Shown: positions 1 through 10,184, counted from the stretch's first letter. The stretch: 64,000 bases of DNA from Acidimicrobiia bacterium (GCA_041576165.1 JBFGLM010000001.1:64001-128000), one strand, 5' to 3'. Notes: generated by a model from the letters alone, not told the origin. Program-made: numbers and translations.

Positions 1-2
1 CT

Positions 3-230
3 CTGGACGTCGAGCTGGGGGCGGAGGTGGCCGCGGGTGATGTGCTGGGCACAGTCGGCGATGTGCTGGGCGGGCGCCGGCGGATCGTCCGGGCGCCGGA
101 GGCGGGGTTCGTGATCGCCGCCAACCTCATCCCGCTGGTCAACCGAGGTGACGCGCTGGTGCACATCGCGATTCCGGGCGTGGAAGGCGACGATGAACCG
201 GTCGTGCCCCGCCGGCGCCGGCGGGTCTAG
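3..230 (+). CDS. 3' end of a succinylglutamate desuccinylase/aspartoacylase family protein (partial, runs off the window start)
   Basis: Frame is open from the window edge. The C-terminal GDVLG...APEAGFVI...PLVNRGDALVHIA matches the barrel-sandwich tail of AstE/AspA-family proteins. Confidence 0.7.
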   Translation: MDVELGAEVAAGDVLGTVGDVLGGRRRIVRAPEAGFVIAANLIPLVNRGDALVHIAIPGVEGDDEPVVPRRRRRV

Positions 231-242
231 CCTCCGGCGGGC

Positions 243-665
243 TCACGCCATGGAGGGCGGTTCGTCCTCTTCGCTTCCGAAGATCTCCGCGGCTTTGCGC
301 CGGAGCCGTTCTTGTGCCTCGTGCACTTCATCGAGCGATTCTCGCAGCTGATCCAACTCGCCGGCCCGCACCCGCAACCCTTCGCGGATGAACAGAGCCG
401 CGGCCTCGGAGCGGCTCTTGACCGCCCCCACCTTCACCCAGTCGTCCAGCGCCCGGGTGCTCTCCTGGTCGAGCCGCACCATCACCACCTGGTCTCGGGG
501 TGCCCCCGCCATGTCCTTCAGCGATTCGATGAGCTCCGGTATGAACGCGAACGCCTTGATGCGGGCCGCGTCGAAATCGCGGGGTCGCATGTCGAACTCG
601 ATGTCGAGATCCGACAGCTCCCGTCGAATCGCGTCGAACATCTCTTCGAAGTTGCGTCCGCTCAT
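243..665 (-). CDS. Hypothetical protein with a ribbon-helix-helix-like DNA-binding segment and C-terminal coiled coil
   Basis: ATG at 665 follows AAAGGA. VVMVRLD...ALDDWVKVGAVKSRSEAAALFIREG resembles a CopG/RHH pattern. Confidence 0.6.
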   Translation of the reverse strand: MSGRNFEEMFDAIRRELSDLDIEFDMRPRDFDAARIKAFAFIPELIESLKDMAGAPRDQVVMVRLDQESTRALDDWVKVGAVKSRSEAAALFIREGLRVRAGELDQLRESLDEVHEAQERLRRKAAEIFGSEEDEPPSMA

Positions 666-706
666 GCGCCTGTCCTTTCCCAGCCAATCAAGCCTCACCG
701 TATGTC

Positions 707-719
707 GTAATACTATTAC
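707..719. promoter_or_regulatory. Palindromic putative operator GTAATA-C-TATTAC
   Basis: Perfect AT-rich inverted repeat in the divergent intergenic region, about 40 bp upstream of the RHH-like gene. Confidence 0.45.
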
Positions 720-790
720 ATCCTCTTTGATACGCGCGTTTGTGCCAGGGGCCTCTAGGCGACAGCGAGGCCTGCGCATATGGTGCCGGT

Positions 791-1033
791 ATGGGTTGGC
801 TTGTGGACATCACGATCGGCGCCGTGGTCGGGACCATCGTGGGAGCGATTGTCGCCATCAATGTCGGGCTGCTGCTGGGGATCGACTACGAACAGGCGAT
901 CTCTGGAGCGTTCAGTCGCACCTCCTTGGGCGGATGGCTCGTCACGCTGCTACTGGTGGCCGGACCGGTGTGCGGGGTGTGGCTGATGCGCAAGTTGCGG
1001 GCAGACCGGCGTTCGGTCCCGGTCAGCCGGTAG
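791..1033 (+). CDS. Small two-helix membrane protein
   Basis: ATG 791, 80 aa, two hydrophobic stretches and a basic C-terminus. Confidence 0.6.
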   Translation: MGWLVDITIGAVVGTIVGAIVAINVGLLLGIDYEQAISGAFSRTSLGGWLVTLLLVAGPVCGVWLMRKLRADRRSVPVSR

Positions 1034-2237
1034 CCGGTTCCGCCGTCATCACCACTTGCCGCTCGCTGATCGGCAGGTGGATGAGCGCCGACACCAGCCC
1101 CAAGCCAATCGAGATCATCCACACCGGATCGTACGAGCCGGTGGCATCAAACACCCGGCCGCCCAGCCAGACACCGAGAAACGCCCCCACCTGGTGGCTC
1201 AGGAACACGATGCCGTACAGCGTGGAGAGATACCTCGTCCCGAAAATGGCGGCGACGATGCCGCTGGTCAGGGGCACCGTGGCGAGCCACACGAAACCGA
1301 TGGCGGCACTGAATGCGAGCGCCGAGACGGTGGTGAGCGGCGCCACGAGAAACACCACCATCAGCACCGCCCGGACCGAGTACACGACGGCCAGCAGGGT
1401 CCGCTTGCGAATACGGTCGCCCAATGAACCGAACATCAGCGACCCGGCAATGTTGAAGACTCCAATCAACCCCAGCGCCGTGGCAGATACCCACGTCGGG
1501 AGCCCGCCGTCCTGGATGAACGCCGGAAGATGGTTGGCGATGAAGGACACATGGAAACCACACACGAAGAAGCCGGTGACGAGCAGCACATAGCTGCGGC
1601 TCCGGCGGGCACGCTGCAGCGCCTGGGTCATGGACAGTGTCGCCGTCGGATCGAGATCCCGCTTGCCCTCCACGGGGAGCAGCAAGGACAGAACCGCGAC
1701 GCCGACGAGCACCAGTGCCAGCAAAGCCATCGCGGTGCGCCACCCCAATCCGTCGATCCAGCGCTGGGAGATCGCAGCCATCACGAAGATGCCGGCCGAG
1801 CCGGCGGCGGTGACCAGCCCGAAGACGGCACTGCGCCGATCTTCCGCCACCACCCTGCCCACCGCCCCCAAAGCGACAACGAAACCCGTGCCGCTGAGCG
1901 CGATGCCGACCATCCCCGCCATCCCCACGAACAGGCCCACCGGGTCGGCGGCGATCGAGGTTATGTAGAGGCCTCCCGCGAAGAGCAACGCGGACCCGAA
2001 TATCACCCAGCGCGGACCCAGCCGGTCGGACAGCATCCCCGCCAGCGGCAAGCCGAACAGCACGCTTTGGACGGCGATCGCCAAGCTGAACAACTCCCGC
2101 CCCGACCCCAGGGCCTCGGACACCGGCGGCAGGAACAGCCCGAAGGAACGGGCGGTGCCCGACGAGACGAGGACAGCGAGCGCAGCGATGCCGACAACAA
2201 TCCACCCGCGACGGAGGTTGGGGCTGGACTGGTGCAT
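1023..2237 (-). CDS. MFS transporter
   Basis: About 12 hydrophobic helices and MFS motif A-like GMLSDRLGPR and GSLGDRIRKR. Start set at MHQSSP. Confidence 0.9.
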   Translation of the reverse strand: MHQSSPNLRRGWIVVGIAALAVLVSSGTARSFGLFLPPVSEALGSGRELFSLAIAVQSVLFGLPLAGMLSDRLGPRWVIFGSALLFAGGLYITSIAADPVGLFVGMAGMVGIALSGTGFVVALGAVGRVVAEDRRSAVFGLVTAAGSAGIFVMAAISQRWIDGLGWRTAMALLALVLVGVAVLSLLLPVEGKRDLDPTATLSMTQALQRARRSRSYVLLVTGFFVCGFHVSFIANHLPAFIQDGGLPTWVSATALGLIGVFNIAGSLMFGSLGDRIRKRTLLAVVYSVRAVLMVVFLVAPLTTVSALAFSAAIGFVWLATVPLTSGIVAAIFGTRYLSTLYGIVFLSHQVGAFLGVWLGGRVFDATGSYDPVWMISIGLGLVSALIHLPISERQVVMTAEPATG

Positions 2238-2359
2238 GGCGGCACGGTACTCGAATAGCATCATCAGATTCACAAGGGAGTTGAGCTGACCGGGCCACCG
2301 GCGGGTTGGCGGCGGCCCGGCTGCTCGAAGCAATGGAGTCATCAATGGGAGGCTTTCGC

Positions 2360-4003
2360 ATGAGAAAACTCGCACTCGTCGGCCTGGTAATAGCCCTGAT
2401 CGCAGCGCTGACACCAGCGGCCGCGGCTGTTCCCGGCTCGGCCACGATCCGGGTCGTCAACGCCCTCGCCGACCGCAGCATCGATGTGTACGTGGATGCG
2501 ACGCTGGAGGTGGCCGGCACGGCAGCCCTGAGCGTGTCCGACCCGTCGGTGGTCGCGGCCGGCTCGCTCACGTTCTCGTTCTTCACCACCGGCGACGGGC
2601 CGCCGTCGGCGCCGACCGCGTCGCTGACGACCACCGTCGACAGCGGGGATGACGTGCTGGTGATCGCGCATCAGCTCGACGACGCCTCGTTCGCAATCTC
2701 GGTGGTACAGGCGTTACCCGTCACACTGGAGCTGAGCGAGTCGTACACACAGGTCATTCACGCCGCCGACGCCCCGCAGTTGGAGATCACCGAACTCAAC
2801 AACCTGTTCATCACCCCTGCCGAAGGCTTCACCCTCGTCTCGGGACAGGCGGAGGGCACGCAGTTCTCGGTGCCGGGCACCAACTCGTTCCAGTTCGTCG
2901 ATGCGAGCGGGCCGACGACGGTCTTGGGACCGACCGACGTGGATATCGCCGATGGCGCCTACAACGCGGTGGTCCTGGCCGGTTCCCAGCCGGACGGCAC
3001 GCTGACCATCATCTCCTTCCAGATCGGTGGGCTGTGGGACACCGTGTACTACTCGGCGCTCCTGTCGGGAGACAACGAGGTCCCGCCGGTGGTCAGTGCC
3101 GACCGGGGCCGGGCGGCACTCGTCGACTTCGGCAGTGAGCTGTGGGCCACGATCACAATCCAGCCGGGTTCGGCAAGCACTGTGACCGCCGCGCACATCC
3201 ACGCCGGTCAGCCTGGAGACAACGGGCCGGTGCTGGCCGTGTTGCTCGATGCGGCCGGATCCCCCGAGCTGGGCGGCGGCCGGCTCGTCCAGTCGTTCGT
3301 GACCGATGCCGACCTCGCAGTGGTGGACGCCGCCGCATTCGACGGCAACTACTCCACGCTGATCCGCATGCTCAAGGCCGGTGAGGCGTACATCAACGTA
3401 CACACGAGCGAGAACCCGGCTGGTGAGGTGCGCGGCCAGATCGAGCCGCTCACCATTCCGATGGAGCCGGCGCTGTTCCCCGACATCGAGACCAACGTCC
3501 ACAGGAACAACATCAGCATCATTGCGGAGGCGGGCATCGCACTCGGCCGGGCGGACGGCAACTTTGAGCCGAACGCCAACGTGACCCGCGGCCAGCTGGC
3601 GACCTTCATTGCCCGTATCTTCGGGCTGGTTCCGATCCCCGGGTCGGTCTTCTCGGATACGGCCGGGTCGGTGCACGAGGCCAACATCAACGCGGTCGCC
3701 GCGGTGGGCGTCGTGCAGGGCCGGACCGACGGCACGTACGGTCCCAATGATCCGGTGACCCGCGGCCAAGCTGCCGCCATGGGCGCCAGGGCGCTGGCGA
3801 TCGATGCCAACGTCCCACCGCCAACGCCGTTCACCGACATCGGAGGCAACACGTTCGAGCGCGAAATCGCGCTGCTGTTCGGGATCGAGGCGGTCAACGG
3901 ATGTACCACGACCACCTACTGCCCCAACGACCCTCTGACCCGCGGACAGATCTCGAGCGTCCTCAGCCGGGCCTTCGGATGGGAAGTGATGCTGAATGTG
4001 TAG
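2360..4003 (+). CDS. Secreted surface protein: DUF4397-like + CHRD + S-layer homology (SLH) domains
   Basis: Signal peptide after GGGAGG. IRVVNA...IDVYVD and VIHAADAP (DUF4397-like); LSGDNEVPPV...AAHIH...AYINVHT..NPAGEVRGQI (CHRD); three F.D...TRGQ.A repeats (SLH). Confidence 0.8.
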   Translation: MRKLALVGLVIALIAALTPAAAAVPGSATIRVVNALADRSIDVYVDATLEVAGTAALSVSDPSVVAAGSLTFSFFTTGDGPPSAPTASLTTTVDSGDDVLVIAHQLDDASFAISVVQALPVTLELSESYTQVIHAADAPQLEITELNNLFITPAEGFTLVSGQAEGTQFSVPGTNSFQFVDASGPTTVLGPTDVDIADGAYNAVVLAGSQPDGTLTIISFQIGGLWDTVYYSALLSGDNEVPPVVSADRGRAALVDFGSELWATITIQPGSASTVTAAHIHAGQPGDNGPVLAVLLDAAGSPELGGGRLVQSFVTDADLAVVDAAAFDGNYSTLIRMLKAGEAYINVHTSENPAGEVRGQIEPLTIPMEPALFPDIETNVHRNNISIIAEAGIALGRADGNFEPNANVTRGQLATFIARIFGLVPIPGSVFSDTAGSVHEANINAVAAVGVVQGRTDGTYGPNDPVTRGQAAAMGARALAIDANVPPPTPFTDIGGNTFEREIALLFGIEAVNGCTTTTYCPNDPLTRGQISSVLSRAFGWEVMLNV

Positions 4004-4039
4004 CGCCGGCGGCGCCCTGATCGACCCGGCATCGCCGCA

Positions 4040-5134
4040 GTGGCACACGGCCGGCCACGGCCGCGCCGCCAGGTGACTGTGTTCGCAGCGCGGCGGCCGT
4101 CGCTGGCCGCCGCGCTGAACAACGCCCGCGCCGCGCTCGGGACGCCGGGGACCTGGCTCACCGGTACCCAGCGGGTGGCGGTCACAGCTGAGGCGCGGGC
4201 CGCGCGCCGCTGCGACCAGTGCGATCGCCGCCGGACCGCCCTGTGGGCCGGGTCCGAGCCCGGACACCACCACACGGCCGGCGGTGTACCGGCGAATACC
4301 GCCGAGCTGATCCATCGCATCACCACCGACAGTGCCCGCTTGACCCGGGCCGTGGTGGACCGAGCGGCCGCCGCACTGGGCGAAGGCGACTACGTCGAGA
4401 TGGTCGCCACCGTGGGAGTCCTGGTCACCCTCGACACCTTCACTCTGGCGCTCGGGACCGACACACTGGATCTACCGCCGCCAGTACCCGGGGAACCCGA
4501 ACGCACCGCTCCGCCGGGCGCGGCCCGCCGGCACAACTGGGTGGCCACGGTGGATCCCGAACAGGCTGAAGGGCTCGTCGCCCGGCTGTATGCCTCGGAC
4601 GCGACCGTGGCGACGGTCGTCGAAGCGCTGACGCTGGCACCTCGCGGCGCAGCCGATTTCTGGCGGCTGGCGGGACCGCTCTACCTCAAACCGGATGAGC
4701 CCGGCCCGGGGCACGAGACGGAGGGCAGCCTCACCCGGGCCGAGGTCGAGCTGATCGCAGCTCGGGTTTCCGCTCTCAACGAATGCTTCTACTGAGTGTC
4801 CATGCACGCCGAGCGGCTCCGGGTGAGTCGTCCCGACGACCTTCCGCTGGAGGCTGTGATCGCGGATGAGATTCCGCTGGACGAACGCGCCACCGCGCTC
4901 GTCCTGTTCATCGACGCGGTCCATAGCGGCCGGTCGGACCGGATCGAGGCGGCTCGCCGGACCGTGCAGGACGCGGCCAACGAGCCCACGACGATCGACG
5001 CAGCCGGGGTGATTGCGGTGTTTCACGGCCTCAACCGCGTTGCGGACGCGACCGGCTGCGGGCTGGGTGCAGACGCAGCCGCCACTGCCGGGGTACGCGC
5101 CTACCTCAACCTCGACCGCCACGCCCCCACCTGA
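4040..5134 (+). CDS. AhpD/alkylhydroperoxidase-related protein, probable selenoprotein (in-frame TGA at 4793-4795)
   Basis: ORFs 4040-4795 and 4796-5134 share a frame and are separated only by TGA. Read-through gives ELIAARVSALNECFY-U-VSMH, the AhpD CxxCxxxH motif with Sec. Exact start uncertain. Confidence 0.75.
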
Positions 5135-5165
5135 GAGTCACCAGCAAGGCGACCACCGGCGCGGA

Positions 5166-6494
5166 TCAGGCTGTCGTCCAGATCATTTGATTCACATGAT
5201 TCTCGAGTGCCTCCTGGCGGCCGGAGACTGGGGCGGGATCGATGTTCTCGGCCGCCACCTGATCGGCCAACGACGCCAGAGAGGCGGAGGTCATGATCTC
5301 CTCGCCCAGCCCGCTGTTCCATCCTGCATACCGTTCTGCCAGGGCTGCGGCCACGCCGCCGTCCGCGATGAGGCGCTCGGCCACCAGCAACGACCGGGCG
5401 AGGGTGTCGATCCCCCCGACGTGGCCGTGGAACAGGTCGTCGCGGGAAAGGGACTGGCGCCGCAGCTTGGTGTCGAAGTTGAATCCGCCGGTGGTCAACC
5501 CGCCGCCGCGGATGATCTCATACATTGCCAGCGACAGCTCGTCTACTGAGTTGGGGAACTGGTCGGTGTCCCAGCCGTTCTGGTAATCACCCCGGTTGGC
5601 GTCAACCGAACCGAAGATCCCGTTGGCCACGGCATATGCGACCTCGTGATGGAATGAATGCCCGGCCAGGGTGGCGTGGTTGACCTCGATGTTGACCCGG
5701 TACTCGTCGGTGAGCCCGTATCTGTCCAAGAACCCGTGGACCGACTGGCAGTCGTAGTCGTACTGGTGTTTGGTGGGCTCCTGCGGCTTCGGTTCGATGA
5801 GCAGGGTTCCCCGGAATCCGATGGCGTGCTTGTGCTCCGCGACCAGGGTGAGGAAACGGGCCAGCTGGTCGGCCTCCCGCTTGAGATCGGTGTTGAGCAG
5901 CGTTTCGTAGCCCTCGCGCCCTCCCCACAGGACATAGTTCGCCCCGCCCAGCCGGTGAGTGGCCTCCAGCGCATGGCGCACCTGAGCGGCTGCGTGCGCA
6001 AACACCTCGGGGTTGGGATTGGTGGCGGCGCCGGCTGCGTATCGGGGGTGCGCGAACAGGTTGGCCGTACCCCACAGCACGCCCACCCCCGTCTCGTCCA
6101 TCTTTGCCTGTGCGTAGTCGACCATCTCGCTGAGGTTGTGGACCGATTCGGCAAAGGTCGCTCCTTCGGGGGCAATGTCCCGGTCGTGGAAGCACCAGAA
6201 CGGAACACCCAGCTTGGCGAAGAACTCGAACGCGGCGTCCATCTTGCGGCGGGCAGCGGCCATCGAGCCGGGCTCCGCCAACCAGGGACGGTCGAAGGTG
6301 CCCGCGCCGAAGACGTCGCTCCCGGGCCAGTTGAAGGAGTGCCAGTAACACACCGCGATCCGCAGTTGATCCTCCATGCGCCGGCCGAGCACGACGCGGT
6401 CGGGGTCGTAGACCCGGTAGGAGTGAGGACCTTCCGCCCCAAGCCCGCCGTACGAAATCTTCTCCGGAACGTCAGTGAAAAAGGGCTCCGACAT
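5166..6494 (-). CDS. xylA: Xylose isomerase (class II)
   Basis: Motifs [46 protein letters not shown] and GWDTDQFP. Confidence 0.97.
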   Translation of the reverse strand: MSEPFFTDVPEKISYGGLGAEGPHSYRVYDPDRVVLGRRMEDQLRIAVCYWHSFNWPGSDVFGAGTFDRPWLAEPGSMAAARRKMDAAFEFFAKLGVPFWCFHDRDIAPEGATFAESVHNLSEMVDYAQAKMDETGVGVLWGTANLFAHPRYAAGAATNPNPEVFAHAAAQVRHALEATHRLGGANYVLWGGREGYETLLNTDLKREADQLARFLTLVAEHKHAIGFRGTLLIEPKPQEPTKHQYDYDCQSVHGFLDRYGLTDEYRVNIEVNHATLAGHSFHHEVAYAVANGIFGSVDANRGDYQNGWDTDQFPNSVDELSLAMYEIIRGGGLTTGGFNFDTKLRRQSLSRDDLFHGHVGGIDTLARSLLVAERLIADGGVAAALAERYAGWNSGLGEEIMTSASLASLADQVAAENIDPAPVSGRQEALENHVNQMIWTTA

Positions 6495-6565
6495 GCTGCG
6501 CCTCCTCGATCGGGCGCCAATCTAGACAGTCGGCGTTCCCGCCCGCTGTGGGCGGCTGACCTGGT

Positions 6566-7699
6566 TCAGACCACAGGGGTCTGCTTGGTACCCCACCGGC
6601 CGACGCGGGGAGACCTGACGATGCTCTGCGCCAGGGTGACGGCCCCAAGGGCTGCGGTGGGGAGGGCGACCGACTTGATCCCCGAGATGAAGGCCAGACC
6701 GAAGGCCTGGACGATGGTGAAGAGATCGCCGAGTGGCGCGGCCACCGGTCCCGGCAGCCTCACCCGCAGGAATTGCAGCGCGCCGTCGAGATCGAGCGAA
6801 GGGGCCGCCGCCGCACTGCCAACCGGCTCTGAGGGCGCCGGCCTCTGCGAATACGTCTGCAGCTGGGAGGCGAGCGCCGCCAGCGATTGTGGCTGGGGCG
6901 GAGAGAGGGACCGATCGCCGGTGGCTTCCAGCAGCTCTGATCCAACGCCGGCCCGGCTGGTGTCGGCCGACCCGGGCTCGCTCGGGGACTCGTCGGTGGC
7001 TCCGCCGGCCGGGCCTGATTGGGACCCGGCTGGGCGCGGGGTAGTGGTCGTCGGCCCGGATGTGACCGTCGCCGTGGTGGTGGCGGGCGCCGCAGCTGCG
7101 GCGGTGGTAGCGGTAGTGGTGGAAGGGCTGGCTGTCGCCGTGGCAGCAGTGGTCGTGGTGACGGCAGTCGTCGTCGTGGCCGCCACTGTGGTTGTGGTGG
7201 TGGGAGCCGCGGTCGTCGTGGTGGTGGCGCTCGACGTGGTGGTCGCCGTCGAGGTGGTGGTCGTGGTGGGGAGCGGCAGGCCGGCAACGTAGCTGGCGTA
7301 GGCGGCCGACATGCTCGCCTCCACATCGGCGGCTTTCTCATGGACCTCTTGTTTCGCTTCGGTGCCCTTGGCCTGGACTCCCGGGTCCAGCGGGTAGAGG
7401 AGCATGATGTTCGTGATTGCCAGGTCGGCGGCGGCAGCATCTGCCTCGACGTCGGCGATCGCTACCGTCAGTTCGGCCTGCGCCGCGGCTGGCGACGGCT
7501 CAGTCTTCAGATAGTCGCCGAATGCTTCCTCGCGATCATCCATCGACCGCATGGCGTCAGCGGCGATCTCTTCGATTTGCTGCTCAGGATCATTGGTGGC
7601 GTGCGCCGCAGGTGCCATCATCACCGCTGCCGCCACCAGAATGACCAAGAGAGTCACCGCTGCCGCGGCGGCCCGGCCGCCGGCCCCAGATGTGCCCAT
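6566..7699 (-). CDS. Secreted or membrane-anchored protein with a Thr-rich linker
   Basis: N-terminal signal peptide (..APAAHA), acidic helical domain, long poly-Thr/Ala linker and hydrophobic C-terminal segment. Confidence 0.6.
   Translation of the reverse strand: MGTSGAGGRAAAAAVTLLVILVAAAVMMAPAAHATNDPEQQIEEIAADAMRSMDDREEAFGDYLKTEPSPAAAQAELTVAIADVEADAAAADLAITNIMLLYPLDPGVQAKGTEAKQEVHEKAADVEASMSAAYASYVAGLPLPTTTTTSTATTTSSATTTTTAAPTTTTTVAATTTTAVTTTTAATATASPSTTTATTAAAAAPATTTATVTSGPTTTTPRPAGSQSGPAGGATDESPSEPGSADTSRAGVGSELLEATGDRSLSPPQPQSLAALASQLQTYSQRPAPSEPVGSAAAAPSLDLDGALQFLRVRLPGPVAAPLGDLFTIVQAFGLAFISGIKSVALPTAALGAVTLAQSIVRSPRVGRWGTKQTPVV
7040..7270 (-). repeat. Low-complexity poly-Thr coding repeat (ACC/ACG triplets)
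   Basis: Runs of gtggtg/gtcgtc on the + strand encode TTTTTSTATTTSSATTTTT... Confidence 0.7.
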
Positions 7700-7766
7700 G
7701 CGACCCTATCGGCGATCGGCCGAATACCTTTAACCCGCCGCACCTGCGGCACTCAGGTTTACCGGC

Positions 7767-9149
7767 ATGACAGTCGATCTACCAGAGGTGAGCTGGTTGA
7801 AGGACTTGAGGGGCCGTCGGGATGCCGCCACCATCGTCATCGGCGTGCTGGTCGCCGTGTGCGTGGCCGCCGCCTCGGCGCTGTTTGCCCAAAGTGACCA
7901 GACGGTGCGCGCAATCGACAGCTCCTACGAGCTACAGCACACCGAGGAGGCGCTATCGGCCACGACCGCCCTCCGGGCCGCCTTGGCAGTTTCGTTGCTG
8001 ATAGCAGACGCCCGGGCAGAAGGCCGGGTATCTGATGAAGAGCGCGACGTTGCCCTGGCGGATCTGGCCGCCATCTCGGCCGAGCTCACATCGAGGGTCG
8101 ACCGAATCGAACCGCTCGGGGGCGGCGCGCCGGACCTCGCGTCGCACGCTCGCAATCTCGATGCGTCGGTCGCATCCTTCATCGGCCTGATCGAAGAGAC
8201 GGACCTCGCAGGCGCCCAAGCGGAGGCGACCCGTCAATCGATCCCCGCGCTGGAAAGACTCGAGTCGGAGCTGGAGTTGCGCCGTTCCGACGCGCTCGAA
8301 CGCCTCGGCCGCGAGCAGGGCCAGGCCGGGACCATGGCGCGGGCGGCCAGCATCGCGGTGGCACTCCTGGTCCCGCTCGTCGCCCTCGCCGGATTCAGGA
8401 TCATCCAACGGCGACGCCAGCAGGAGCGTGAGCTGAAGCTGGCCCTCCGGCACGAGGAGGAGCGATCAGCGGTCAAAGACCAGATGATCGCCAATGTGAG
8501 CCACCAGCTACGCACTCCCCTGACCGGCATCTACGGGATGGCCGTGGCGATGCTCGAACAAGGTTTCGAGGACGAAGAGTTCAGCCTCGACGCGACCGAG
8601 ATGATCGTGGCCGAGGCCGACGGTCTGGCGCGTATGGTCGATGACCTGCTCATTGCGACCAAACTCGACAATTCAGAGATCGCGATGGTTCCGGAACGTT
8701 TGGAGCCCGCCTCGGTCATAGCTGAAGTGCTGGAGGGCACCCGCTTCCCCCAGCCGATCGAAGCCGCATGCGAGCCGGGTGAAGTGGTGGCGGACGGGAT
8801 TCGGCTGCGACAAGTGATCAGGAACCTGATCGCAAACGCAGTTGCCCACGGGGCCGGCCGACGATGCATCGAAGGACGCGTGGCCGGGGACTCGTACATC
8901 ATCAGCGTCATGGACCACGGCTCGGGGGTTGATGCAGCAACAGAGCCGCACCTGTTCAAGCGCTTCACGCGTTCGGAATCGGCCGAAGTCGCAACCGGGT
9001 CGCTCGGCATCGGGCTCGCCATCGCCTCCGAGCTGACGATTCTGATGGGCGGCGAGCTGACGTACCGGCGCGAACAGGGGATGACGGCGTTCGATCTGTC
9101 GCTGCCGCTCGCACGGATGACCACCGCAATCGTGCCCGCCGGCACCTGA
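7767..9149 (+). CDS. Membrane-bound sensor histidine kinase
   Basis: Two TM helices, H-box VSHQLRTPL, N-box NLIANA, DHGSG and G2 box GSLGIGL. Confidence 0.92.
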   Translation: MTVDLPEVSWLKDLRGRRDAATIVIGVLVAVCVAAASALFAQSDQTVRAIDSSYELQHTEEALSATTALRAALAVSLLIADARAEGRVSDEERDVALADLAAISAELTSRVDRIEPLGGGAPDLASHARNLDASVASFIGLIEETDLAGAQAEATRQSIPALERLESELELRRSDALERLGREQGQAGTMARAASIAVALLVPLVALAGFRIIQRRRQQERELKLALRHEEERSAVKDQMIANVSHQLRTPLTGIYGMAVAMLEQGFEDEEFSLDATEMIVAEADGLARMVDDLLIATKLDNSEIAMVPERLEPASVIAEVLEGTRFPQPIEAACEPGEVVADGIRLRQVIRNLIANAVAHGAGRRCIEGRVAGDSYIISVMDHGSGVDAATEPHLFKRFTRSESAEVATGSLGIGLAIASELTILMGGELTYRREQGMTAFDLSLPLARMTTAIVPAGT

Positions 9150-9162
9150 CGGAAGGTCCGTA

Positions 9163-10083
9163 TCAAACCGCTCGTTTGTAGGCCCCTGGCCGCGTCCCCA
9201 TCACCCGCAGGAAGGCGTTGCTGAAGGCGGCCTCGGTGGAATAGCCGACGGCACGGGCGGTCGACGCGACCGACGCGTCCTCCTCCCGGAGCAGCCGCGT
9301 CCCCAGGTGGACCCGCCAGCGGATGAGGTAGTCCGCCGGCGTCTCGCCCACCATCTCCTTGAACCGCGCGAAGAAGGTGGAGCGCGACATCCCCACTGCG
9401 TTTGCCAGCTCGGCCGCCGTCCACTGATGGTCAGGACGCCGGTGCAGCAATCCCAGCGCCAGCTGGACCTGAGGATCGCGCAAAGCACCCAGGAACCCCA
9501 CCGCCGCGGCCGGCAGCTGATTGATGTACTCGCGCAACAGGCAAACGATCAGCGCATCGGTCAAGCGCGCAACGATCGTCTCCGAGCCGGGGACGGGCCG
9601 GTCGACCTCACCAGCGATCAGCCCGATCAGCGTTTCGACCATCGTGGCCATCGCCCCGTCTTGGTCACGCACGTGGACCATCTGAGGCAACATCGAGAAC
9701 ACCGGATGGGCTTCTCCCCGGTCGAACTCGACGGTGCCGCAAATCAGCGAGGTGCGCGGTCCCTCACCCGCAACGACCAGATGACCCATCCCCCGCTCGT
9801 CGACCCGGGTCAGGCTCTCCATAGACTTGGTTGGACGGTCGGGGGCATCGGACATCAGGTGATTGTCGCCGTGGGGCATCAACACCACGTCGCCCCGCTC
9901 CAGGAGTTGCGGCCGTCCGTTCTCAACGAGTTGGGCCCACGCACGACCCCGCACGACGGCGTGGAAGATGCCCGTCGTCAAGTGGCCCGACTCGAAGCCC
10001 CACGGCGCCGCCAGCGAGGCCCGCGAGAACACCGAGCCCCGCATACGGACCGAGCTGAGTATATCGGTAAGTGCATCCGACAC
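9163..10083 (-). CDS. AraC family transcriptional regulator (cupin_6 N-terminal domain)
   Basis: DALTDILSS...APWG N-terminus; LANAVGMSRSTFFARFK and VGYSTEAAFSNAF...G.RPGAY HTH motifs. Confidence 0.93.
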   Translation of the reverse strand: MSDALTDILSSVRMRGSVFSRASLAAPWGFESGHLTTGIFHAVVRGRAWAQLVENGRPQLLERGDVVLMPHGDNHLMSDAPDRPTKSMESLTRVDERGMGHLVVAGEGPRTSLICGTVEFDRGEAHPVFSMLPQMVHVRDQDGAMATMVETLIGLIAGEVDRPVPGSETIVARLTDALIVCLLREYINQLPAAAVGFLGALRDPQVQLALGLLHRRPDHQWTAAELANAVGMSRSTFFARFKEMVGETPADYLIRWRVHLGTRLLREEDASVASTARAVGYSTEAAFSNAFLRVMGTRPGAYKRAV

Positions 10084-10184
10084 AGGATCTTCGGACTTTC
10101 CAATAAGAAATACCGACTAACGAATATTACTTCATCTCTCTTCACAGATTACATTGCTGATAACGGCATGCAAGGAGCAAACCC

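Noticed and set aside
4796-5134. Independent 112-aa gene
   Set aside because: It has no RBS or promoter and is better explained as the post-TGA part of the AhpD-like selenoprotein.
7040-7270. Repetitive GTG/GTC tract as a CRISPR array or VNTR
   Set aside because: There is no constant repeat-spacer unit; it is a poly-Thr coding linker.
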